From positions 9,486,001 through 9,550,000 of the forward strand of contig NC_134031.1 in NCBI RefSeq assembly GCF_964204645.1: a stretch of DNA of 64,000 bases, written 5' to 3'. Positions 28,314 through 37,781 of the stretch are shown here, piece after piece. A program made the position numbers and the translations under genes. The notes beneath the pieces were generated by a model, which saw nothing but the letters and a program-made list of their open reading frames with translations, was not told the origin of the DNA and made no database searches. The DNA is from Tubulanus polymorphus. Taxonomy: Eukaryota; Animalia; Nemertea. The first letter of the stretch is position 1; every line of letters begins with the position of its first letter.

Positions 28314-28611
28314 AACCGGACGTAGGTCAGCCTTGCGACGCGATGCGATCCTCGCGTAGCATCGCAAGTTTTGGTGCAAGTCGGTTGCGATACGACTTGT
28401 TTCTGCCAGTCACAAGAGTGCGTAGGTTGGTAGTGACAGTTGTGTCGCGTCGCAGAAAGTAGAACACGTGCGGCTCCTTGAGACTGGTGTTGCTGACAGT
28501 CGCAAGGGAGCGTAGGTCGATGAGTCGTTGCAACACAATCGTCGCTGGCGGTCGCAGTGAGTCGCGTCGCAGTGAGTCACAAGCTGTCGCAAGGCCGACC
28601 TACGCCCGGCT
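28314..28611. mobile_element. PIF/Harbinger-like MITE
   Basis: TIR aaccggacgtaggtcagccttgcgac / gtcgcaaggccgacctacgcccggct flanked by TAA and TTA; partial copies at ~53212-53408 and ~60400-60598. Confidence 0.55.
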
Positions 28612-28839
28612 TTAGTCATTAGGAATTAATGAAATACCAGTTTCATTTATGATGAAAAAACACAAATGAGAAGTCTGGCTTATAAACTGTCTGCTCAGAC
28701 GAAATTTTCCAAAAAATCTTCATTTTTGCCAATAAAATTGATAATTGTGATTGATCGTGGCAAGTCAGAACCAGTTAATCACTAATTAACATGCATTTAA
28801 ATAAATCTGATTCCTCCTTTACAGTGAACTTAGCCTCAA

Positions 28840-29070
28840 CCTAGTAGAGGCTACTAGCCTATGTAGGCCTATGTATATGCGTAGGCCTAACATCCGGACA
28901 GATTGGTCGTAGGCCTATTGAATAACCACCCTCCTAAATATCGTAAATTTTGTTTTGAAGTTCAATCCAATGAGTCGTTAATAAACGCAACAATTATACT
29001 GTGTTTGAGACAGTAAAGGTCAGTTCCGGTAGACCTAAGCCTTAAGGTCGCGTAAAACTCGATAAACACT
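28840..29070. repeat. Dispersed repeat (ctagtagaggctactagcctatgtaggcc / aaggtcgcgtaaaactcgat)
   Basis: Also at 49665-49776 continuing 51187-51435, at 59605-59860 and at 61413-61587. Confidence 0.75.
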
Positions 29071-29258
29071 ATATAGTTTTGTCTCTTTTCTCTTCATTCT
29101 TCTGCTGCTTTATTATATTTCTCTAATGCTAAGTTATGTCTTCTTTGTTCTCCTAATGAACTATTTTAATCAATATGCATAAATAAATAACCACCACCAG
29201 TAAATGCTTAAGCGTTAACAATTGCCGATCCTATAATAGTTATAATTGCAGAAGCCAT
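29071..29258 (-). pseudogene. Small viral protein with hydrophobic Gly/Ala N-terminus (truncated, stops)
   Basis: MASAIITIIGSAIVNA*AFTGGGYLF..KRHNLALEKYNKAAEE; matches 42488-42821. Confidence 0.65.
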
Positions 29259-29282
29259 TTATTTAGTAAAATAATTACGCAT

Positions 29283-29504
29283 TTATATGGGAGGAATATA
29301 TTTTTGTTTTTCCAAATAATCAATAGTTAAATTAGATAAAGTAACTGCTAATGTTAATTTTAAAATATCATTTATATCAAATCTATCAACATTAACACTT
29401 CCCATTTTGAATACATTTTTTAATACCATTGAATAACCAACAGTTCCAACTGATAGTAATGCTCCATTATATAATCCAGTTATTATCCACTTATTATCAC
29501 TCAT
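29283..29504 (-). CDS. 73-aa viral hydrophobic/membrane protein
   Basis: Intact ORF with TAAATG start and two hydrophobic segments. Confidence 0.7.
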   Translation of the reverse strand: MSDNKWIITGLYNGALLSVGTVGYSMVLKNVFKMGSVNVDRFDINDILKLTLAVTLSNLTIDYLEKQKYIPPI

Positions 29505-29507
29505 TTA

Positions 29508-29861
29508 TTAATCAAAAAAATTACTATCTTCAAAATGTTTAGTTAACTTATTTATGATTAATTCAACATTTATTTCATTACTAGTTTCATTTGTATATAT
29601 TTCAATTATTATGTTTTTAATATCATCGATGATAAAATCTTCATCTAATCCATAAAATCTTAAAGATTCTCTAATTAAATTAGTAATCTTTTCTACATTT
29701 AAAGTTTCTTTATCTATTGTTGTTTCATACTCAAATGTTGTTTCATTAGAAAATGCAATATTTTTAATATGTATAATTACATCATTAATGTTAAATTTCA
29801 TTTCTTTCTCACGTTTAAAATCAAAACCAAAACATATACTCGGTCCAACAGTTATATCCAT
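29508..29861 (-). CDS. 117-aa viral hypothetical protein
   Basis: Intact ORF, TAAATG start; 5' part conserved in copy B at 42343-42487. Confidence 0.75.
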   Translation of the reverse strand: MDITVGPSICFGFDFKREKEMKFNINDVIIHIKNIAFSNETTFEYETTIDKETLNVEKITNLIRESLRFYGLDEDFIIDDIKNIIIEIYTNETSNEINVELIINKLTKHFEDSNFFD

Positions 29862-29877
29862 TTATATAATGAAAAAA

Positions 29878-30636
29878 TTACTCTCTACATCTTATAACTA
29901 ATTCATAAATTACAGGAAAGTTATTCAAATCAATTAAGTATCCATTGTGATTTCTTACTTCTAATCTAAAATTATTAAAATGTGGAATACAAGGTTTGAA
30001 ATCACATTCAGTTAAATTATGATTTATTTGAGTTCCAAATTGTTTAACATTTTTTAATGGTAAAATATTTAGTATACTAGAATTACATGTTGTATCTTTA
30101 GTTGCTTCAAATGTTTTTGTAGGATCAATTAAATTACAATAAATATAGAAATGTGTGTAAGGTATTAAGTTTGATCTACCTTCTGCGTTTACTGTAACAA
30201 TATCTGGGTTAATTCCTAACAGTTTAGCTAAAGGTTTTCTTACTGTAAATTTAAATTGTTCTTCATGAGCTAACCTAATCTTTATTTTATTAGAACTATC
30301 ACTTTTTGAAAATCTAATACTTAATCCGGAATCACTTCCTAATTTAGCTCGAGCTTTTCTATTAATTTCTTGTGCTAATGTATCTAAATTATATAATCCT
30401 GGTTTTAAATATATAAAAAACCATTTATTCCTTTTTTTGTAAAAGATTGAAAAAATTAAATGTTCTAGACTTTTATCCGATATATTGTAAAATGAGTTAC
30501 ATAAACTTATATTTACTAATTTTAAATCAACACAATTCTTAAATTCTCTATCTAATTGTATTAGTAAATTATGTGATTTATAATTTGTAAGTTTTCTAGA
30601 ATCAACAAATATTCTGTATTCTTTTAATTCTACCAT
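29878..30636 (-). CDS. Minor capsid protein (penton, single jelly-roll)
   Basis: Penton-like pattern FVDSR..NSFYNI..PGLY..LAKLLGI..FYIYCNLID..ILNILP..EVRNHNGYLIDLNNFPVIYEL. Confidence 0.8.
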   Translation of the reverse strand: MVELKEYRIFVDSRKLTNYKSHNLLIQLDREFKNCVDLKLVNISLCNSFYNISDKSLEHLIFSIFYKKRNKWFFIYLKPGLYNLDTLAQEINRKARAKLGSDSGLSIRFSKSDSSNKIKIRLAHEEQFKFTVRKPLAKLLGINPDIVTVNAEGRSNLIPYTHFYIYCNLIDPTKTFEATKDTTCNSSILNILPLKNVKQFGTQINHNLTECDFKPCIPHFNNFRLEVRNHNGYLIDLNNFPVIYELVIRCRE

Positions 30637-30704
30637 TATTTATAACATAAAAAAATTACCGCTCATCACTAAAAATTAATTTTAACAAAATTTTTCCTAA
30701 ATAA

Positions 30705-31961
30705 ATGGATGAGAAGGTACCATGCGAAATTTGTGGTGAACTTCTAAGAAAAAGTAATATGGCTCGACATATGAAAAAACATGATGAAAATTATAAACCC
30801 CCTAAAATAAACTGCCCAAAATGTAAAAAATTATTCTCAAGAAATTATGTTAAAAAACATTCAGAGAAGTGTAAAATTAATGGCGCAACGGCTAATGTTG
30901 ATAGTAACGAAAGTAATAGTAATTCTGTTGAAGTTGAACCTGAAATTATTTGGAAAAGACCTTTCTTATTATATGACAAGGATAATATAAAAGATCATTT
31001 CTGCGAGCCTTGTCGAATGAAATTTAGTCCTGAAAATATAGAAGCTTGGGAGAATCATCAATTTCGTAAAATATATATAGATAAAATTTCTAATAAATTT
31101 GAAACTGAATTCAATGAAAGAAAAAATAGTTTATTAGAAAAAATAAAATATGAGAAAACGTTACCAGATAATAAAGAAACAGTTGAAAAGTTAGAAAAAC
31201 AATATAATGAATTAACAAGAAAAACATATTATTGTAAATATTGTAAATTGATTATTACAACAAGTAATTCAAATCTACATAATAGAACAATAAAACATAA
31301 AGAAAACGTAAGAAAATACCAGGAGCTTAATGAAGATCTATTACCAATAAATTATAAACAAAAATGCCCACAATGTAATTATGCGACCTTAAGGCAAGAA
31401 GGTACTGTGTTATTTTGTAATGAATGTGGATGGCAAAAGAATTTATGGGGTGAAGAAAAAACTAGAGATTTTCTCATTGAACCAAAATTAAATTATCTAA
31501 CAGAAATTTTTAAAATATTTTCTATAGAAGATCATACACCAGAAACAATTATTCCATCAACATTTAACACAAAAGAAAAGAAAATGTATTTATATTTATT
31601 ATTTGATGATTATTATGAAAAACCTAAATTAACAGAAGAAGATATGGAAAATATAAAAAAAACATTCAAACAAATATTTATGTATCATTTGGAAAATAGA
31701 ATAACAGATTCAATTAATTATGAATTCTTTTTAAATAAGATTGTAAATTATTTAAACATCGATATTATAATTCCATTTGACGAATTAACAAACAAAAAGA
31801 AACAAAGAGAGCGAGATGAAATGTGGTACAAGATAGAACTTTATTTAAATGAGAAAAATGAAATGGAAGAAGAACCTAAACAAATTATACAGGAACAATT
31901 AAATGAAAATGAAGAAGCCAATAGTGATTTTGAGTATGATGATATTGATTTTCAGTTTTAA
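30705..31961 (+). CDS. Multi-zinc-finger protein with C-terminal poxvirus VLTF3/A2-like domain
   Basis: C2H2/C2HC fingers, then CPQC-x13-CNEC ribbon, PKLNYL, EKPKLTEEDMENIKKTFKQI..INYEFFLNKI..DEMWYKI; intact 418 aa. Confidence 0.72.
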   Translation: MDEKVPCEICGELLRKSNMARHMKKHDENYKPPKINCPKCKKLFSRNYVKKHSEKCKINGATANVDSNESNSNSVEVEPEIIWKRPFLLYDKDNIKDHFCEPCRMKFSPENIEAWENHQFRKIYIDKISNKFETEFNERKNSLLEKIKYEKTLPDNKETVEKLEKQYNELTRKTYYCKYCKLIITTSNSNLHNRTIKHKENVRKYQELNEDLLPINYKQKCPQCNYATLRQEGTVLFCNECGWQKNLWGEEKTRDFLIEPKLNYLTEIFKIFSIEDHTPETIIPSTFNTKEKKMYLYLLFDDYYEKPKLTEEDMENIKKTFKQIFMYHLENRITDSINYEFFLNKIVNYLNIDIIIPFDELTNKKKQRERDEMWYKIELYLNEKNEMEEEPKQIIQEQLNENEEANSDFEYDDIDFQF

Positions 31962-34900
31962 TGGCCATAAGGTAATGGTTTTATACCATCATCTAAAGTA
32001 TGCCTTTTATCATCAAATGGATTGAAACTAGTTTTTTCAACTTTATTAATGTACATCTCGTGATCTTCTGATCTTAAACAATTCATTTTGTGTTTCATTA
32101 CAATTGAGTTATATAAACACTTTATATAATCTTGAAATTCTATATGTTTATCAACCACATGTTTTTTTATTCCTTTTAACTTTTTAGCTTCTTGATCTTT
32201 TGTTCTATAACTATACATTTTACTTCTTATCCCAACAAATTCAATCATTTCATCACCCCCTAATTCATCTTTAAATTTACCAGGAATCTTTTCATTATCA
32301 TTGCTAAATAGTTCATGATCTTTGGGATAATTGCTAAAATCAAAATGATGTTTTAATGTTTTTAAGTCTTTTGTTATGTCATTTGTCTTGATTTTTAGTA
32401 TGTAACTGTCAGTATTTTTGGCAATTAATGGAAATCCACAGTTAAATGTACCATCTTCAGTTGATAAATCATAAACATAATCTGATGGGTTATATATTTC
32501 AAATAAATCTTTAACTTCTTCTGTTAATTCTTTTTCTACATGCCTTAAATTAAAACAATTTGGTTTAGATTTAATTAATTCTATATTCATATTAAATCCT
32601 AATGAACTGCATAATATATTTAATCCTGATATAGCATTTTTTCCTTTCTGTGCAAAGGTTATCTTTTTATCATTTGTAAATTTTTTAGTGCCATCTGCGG
32701 CATAGAATCCAATGAAGAACCACTTTCTTAAATTATTTTTTGCATTTAATACATAATCTGGAACTATCTTTTTTTTTGTTGAAGTATTACTTTTCACTAT
32801 TGCATGAATATAGAATTCATCATTATATTTTATAGCAAAATCTTTAGGATTATTTACAAGTATTCTATAAACTGCTGATGATTTCATAACATCCATGATT
32901 CTAAATGTTTTATGTGAATAAACTTCTTCACAGAATTTCTTTATTCTTTCTAATAATTTTAAGTCTTGATTGCATAAATACCAACAATATTTATTACCCC
33001 AAACATAATTATACACACCTGCTGAACCATCTCCCATAAAAAATCCTTTGATAAAATATTCTTTTTCTTCTAATGTTTCAGGTTCTATATTATAAATATA
33101 ATCAATTATTTCATCAAATGACATATGATTCATTCTTTGGAAAAATCTTTTATGTAATAATTCATCTCCAATTTTTATATCAGTTGGTTTTATTTCATCA
33201 CCATTTCGTTTAATTAAACTATGATCTTCTGTAACATCTACAAACCCTAATTTAGTTCTAACTCTATAGATTTACTTATTTGTTTTATGCCTAATAATAT
33301 TCTTTAATTTTTTTCATCCATTAAACCATTTATTTGTATTAATTCTTTTTCACCATATGAAATATAACATTCATTTTGTTTTGGAATTATTTCTGAAATT
33401 CTTCTCATCAATATTTTATCATTACATTTTAATAACATTGGGGTGTCAGCTTTTGCAGAATCAAAACATAATATTTCAATATGCTTTTCCCCAAAAAGTG
33501 GTTGTTAAACATTATAATAAAAATCATACATTAATAATTTTGATACTTCTAAAACAGTTGAACCAATGAATATAGGTTTATTAAATTTCATTGACGTTCT
33601 TTTTAATTTAACTGCTGTTAAATAATCTTCAAATCTTTTATTTCCTAAATGTCTAGGACTTGATTGTAAATGTCTTAATCTTTCAGAATTATTTACTAAT
33701 TCAATATCATTTCTATTTCTAATATTTTCGCATGTTTTACCATAAAAACTATTATTCATTAATTTGAAGAAATCTTTTTCAAAATCTGTTTTTGATATTT
33801 GATTTGTACTTTCTTTAATTTCATTCCTTGTTTAAGATAAAATTTTAACATTCTATAATGAACAATATAATTGTATTTATTATTTTGAGTAAGTATTAAT
33901 TTTTCTGTAAAAACATGATCTTTCGGTTTTATTTTCTTCTGGTATTCACTTAAATAACTATCATCTACGGTTAAATGTTCTGGGCAATAAGGTAAGTTTC
34001 TTGTTTTAAACTTTATATTTTCAGGATATTCTAAATCAACTACAAAGAAATAACCAATTGGTGCTTCATCTTTTAAACTCGCAATTGTGCTTTCCCAATC
34101 AGTTTTATCCTCATTTTCAACTTCTGTTAATATAAAATTTTTGTATGGTTGAGGTTGCATCATTGCCCAACCATATAAACTATTGGCGTCAATATATAAT
34201 AATTTATATTCATCATTTGCTTTAAGATATCTATCACCCATAACACCACTAATTCCACCTCTAATTGATTTTTCAAATAATAAAACCATGTCTGGTTCTT
34301 TTAATAAATCTAATTCTACATTTGTATATTTTAAACCACATTGCCAGGTTAAACCAGGACTAGAGTAGCAATAACAAGGATCAACATTAAAATGATTCAA
34401 ATTAACTTCTCTAATTTTTTCAAATATGTCAGCCAATATCATAACATCTGATTTTAAATATAAATCAACTAATTCACCATGATTTTTCATCTTAAAATGG
34501 TTCCAAATATTTAATGTTCTATTAAACACTTCGTCTTTCACGTACTCCTCATTTAATTGATCGTAAAATTTATCTTTTAATTATTCTGTTACATTAAAAT
34601 CATTGTGTGTTTTATAAAATGAATAAGGAATTGCACCTTTATATCTCAATAATTTAAAATCTTGTTCATTTGGATAATAATATCGAGTTATTATAAAATC
34701 ATTATCAACTAAACTTTTTGATAAATTATCTAATGAACTTGCTAGAAATCTATAAGAATCTAAAAATCTAATGCAACCAAATTGAAATGAAATATAATTT
34801 TCAGATGTTTTAGCTAATAGTTTAAAATCATATTTTCTTACATTCATACCATTCATAGCATTATATTCTTCTATTTCTTGATTAATTGCGCCCAATTTTC

Positions 34901-36886
34901 CCGATAATTGTTTTATAAATAGATGGGTATCATAGCCGGATAAATTATGAAATAATATTGGAACGAAATTTACTTTTTTAGCTTGTAAATTACAATCTTC
35001 ATGAGCAGCTCGACGATATTTTGAATTTAAATGATCATGATCTCTAACTTTTTTATCAAATGAATAAAAACGTTTTTCACAATAACAACAATGAGTTGCA
35101 TAATTAAAATTAATTTCATCTTTTGTCATAACTATTCTTTTATTTTTGTTTAATAATTCTGCAAAATCACTTTCCAATTCAATTATTTTGTTACAAAAAT
35201 CATTAACTACATTTTCACCTCTAAAAGAAATATATTGACTTTCATATAATTCAGGATAATTTGATTTTATGTAAATTCCATAAGCAGCAGCTCTTTGATG
35301 AATTTTTTTAATTGTATTAATAATTGGTGGGTCTTGAATTATATCTTCATTTACTTCATTTCCTTTATCCATTGATTTTAATAATTGCTTTTTGTTATAT
35401 ATTTCTTTTCTATCTTGATCAGTTAATTCTTTATTCAACGATTCAAAATCCCCATAAATTACTAATGGAACAATATTTTTAAATATATGATTAGTAAATT
35501 TCAATTTATAATCTTTTTCTGTTGGCATTATTAGTTTACAAAAATCTTTATTATCACATAATTCTTTATGTTTTAGTAACGCATTCTCAGTTCTAAATTT
35601 AGATAAACATTTTCTACATAGATAAATTTATTATGGTGATCACTTTCTGTTCTAAAGAATAAATCAATTTGTTTTAACCACATATAATGTTCATTTTCAT
35701 CTTTTTTGTAATATAACAAATCTATAGCATTTTCATCATCATAATATTCTATTAAATATAAAGCTTCCAATGTATAATCTTTAATATTTTCACCTTTTGT
35801 CTTTGGTAATTGCATTAATTCTAATACATTTATTTTTAAATTATTAATTTTTTCTATTTTGGGTATCATTTTTATAGTTACTGGATATTGATCAATTTTA
35901 TATAATGTTTCATATTTCCGATAATTTGTTATCCTAAAACTATGCGTAATATCTTCTGTTGGGTGGAAGCGACTAATAATTGACCATAGAAAACATTATC
36001 TTCATTTTGAATATTTATTACTCCTTTTCTGTTGTAAAGTTTGAATCATTTTTAAACATTTTATTACTTTTTGATGTTTTATTTCTTTTTGTACTATAAA
36101 CATTTAAATCTAAAAATATAATTTCATTCAATGTTAAGCCAGTACCCTCAAAATATCTTTCTTCAATATGACGTTTAAATTCATTAAATATTTTTTCTAA
36201 TTTCTCTTTTATTTGTGTTTTTGAAATTATTTCTTCAGAGAGTGTTTGAATATTATAATCCATTTTATCTTCTGACTTTAAAAACTTATTTTCCCAGAGA
36301 TACTAATTTTTTGATATTCAACATCTGTTATCAAATCTAGTATTTTTTCTATTATTTCATTAAATTTACTATAATCTTCTATTGTTGTACCTTTAGAAAA
36401 TTTAAATATAATAGCTGCAGGACCAATTTTACTACGTAATGTTTCTAATATTTCAATTGTATCTTTTATTTCTAGTGAATCAATATAATTTCTAACATTT
36501 TCCATGTTAGGTTTATTTGAAATGGATTTAGTTTTTGAAGTTGTTTTTTTTACTTTTTGAGGTTTATCATCGAAATAATCTTTTCATAAAACATTATTAC
36601 TCAAATTTTGATGGTGTTTTTGTGATTCGAGATGTCTATTATAATTCCTTTTTGTTATAAATTCATCACAAACTTCACATTTTATTTCATCCACATTCAT
36701 ATCATCTAATCGTTCTTTTCTTTCATTTGTATTATCTAGTGTTTCAAAATCTATTACATTTTATATGATTTGCAGTTTTTTCATGTCGTGATTTTTGGGA
36801 TTTATCGATGTATTTTTTACAATATTGGCAATAATAGTGATTTTATTAACATTATTATTTTCTGGCTGGTGTTCATTCTCCCCCAT
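31958..36886 (-). pseudogene. polB: Protein-primed family B DNA polymerase (ZnF, OTU-like, exonuclease with HNH/EndoVII insert, polymerase), intein-containing
   Basis: VIYGDFES, KVRDHDH..AAHEDCN, FHNLSGYD, YIDANSLYGWAM, MNNSFYGKT, CFD|intein|TDS, IRSKMY; frameshifts, stops and small deletions. Confidence 0.92.
32414..33459 (-). mobile_element. Intein with LAGLIDADG homing endonuclease at the PolB pol-c site
   Basis: Block A SAKADTPMLL after D; block B VDVTEDHSLI; blocks C/E FIKGFFMGDGS and FFIGFYAADGT; blocks F/G YVYDLSTEDGTFNCGFPLIAKN followed by T+1; absent from copy B (YFDTDS). Confidence 0.92.
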
Positions 36887-37217
36887 TTATTAGGAAAAAA
36901 AATTACTTGTGGTGATGAGTGGTGTCTCGACCTTCGACCTCTGGTATGAAACAACACATTTCCTATTACTAATACAGATGGCTCAATAATGGGCGTAGGT
37001 TATTCCCACGAAATGGAGTTAATGCATGCTGGAAGACAATTTTTCTTCTGAATATTGAAAGTGGGAAAACAAGAGAATTTATGAAGCATGCATTTGAATA
37101 TGAAGACATGGTGGTTATTCATTATATTGGTAACCATGACCTGGCAAAGTTTTCTTTGCGTCCATAAATAGTAAAAAAGTACACATCCGCACCGCACCAT
37201 CGGTATTAGAGAACATC

Positions 37218-37300
37218 AAAAGTGAACACGGAGAGCCTACAAATATCTATATATCTATATCTAATATGTAGATATTTGTAGGCTCTCCGTGTTCACTTTT
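37218..37300. repeat. Perfect 32-bp-arm hairpin (foldback mini-element)
   Basis: aaaagtgaacacggagagcctacaaatatcta / tagatatttgtaggctctccgtgttcactttt. Confidence 0.85.
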
Positions 37301-37302
37301 AT

Positions 37303-37576
37303 GAGTAATAGGGGTAATGGGCTTTCAAGCCAAAGGTCGAACGGTCGAGTTCATTAAAAACAAAACATTAATGTCACTCCGCGACCAATTGATTTATTTA
37401 CAATACACAAATTCATATAATCAAATATATTTTAATAATAATAATTATTCTATTATTCAACTGAAATACACACGGTTATGAAAATATATTATAGTTTTAA
37501 ATTACTTTTAATGTTTTGTTTTTAATGAACTCGACCATTCAACCTTTAACCTGAAAGCCCATTACCCCTATTACTC
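37303..37576. mobile_element. MITE with ~70-bp TIRs and GAG..CTC termini
   Basis: gagtaataggggtaatgggctttca...aaaacattaa mirrored at 37508-37576. Confidence 0.7.
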
Positions 37577-37781
37577 CTAAAATAATCATATAAATGAATA
37601 ACATTTAAATTGACAGATTATTCAATATAAAAGTATATATTTACAACATTATTTCAATATTCATATTTGTGTGAGTTAGATTATTAAACATTAAAAGTGT
37701 TAGTAAAGTGTGATTGAAATAATACATGATATAAATCATTGAACTTCTAAAATCAATTTTAATAAAAAATTTAGTATTAAA

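Larger units (their letters stand above)
29071..36926 (-). mobile_element. Endogenous Polinton-like (adintovirus-like) virus, copy A
   Basis: Abrupt switch to very AT-rich, intronless, tightly packed genes; protein-primed PolB, penton and small membrane-protein genes. Confidence 0.9.

Noticed and set aside
30705-31961. Host C2H2 transcription factor gene
   Set aside because: Intronless, viral AT content, TAAATG start, stop overlapping the pPolB stop, no TGEKP linkers
32414-33459. PolB insert as a group I intron or free-standing homing endonuclease gene
   Set aside because: Protein-splicing blocks A, B, F and G sit exactly at the junctions (Ser1, TEDH, Asn-Thr+1), in frame with both exteins
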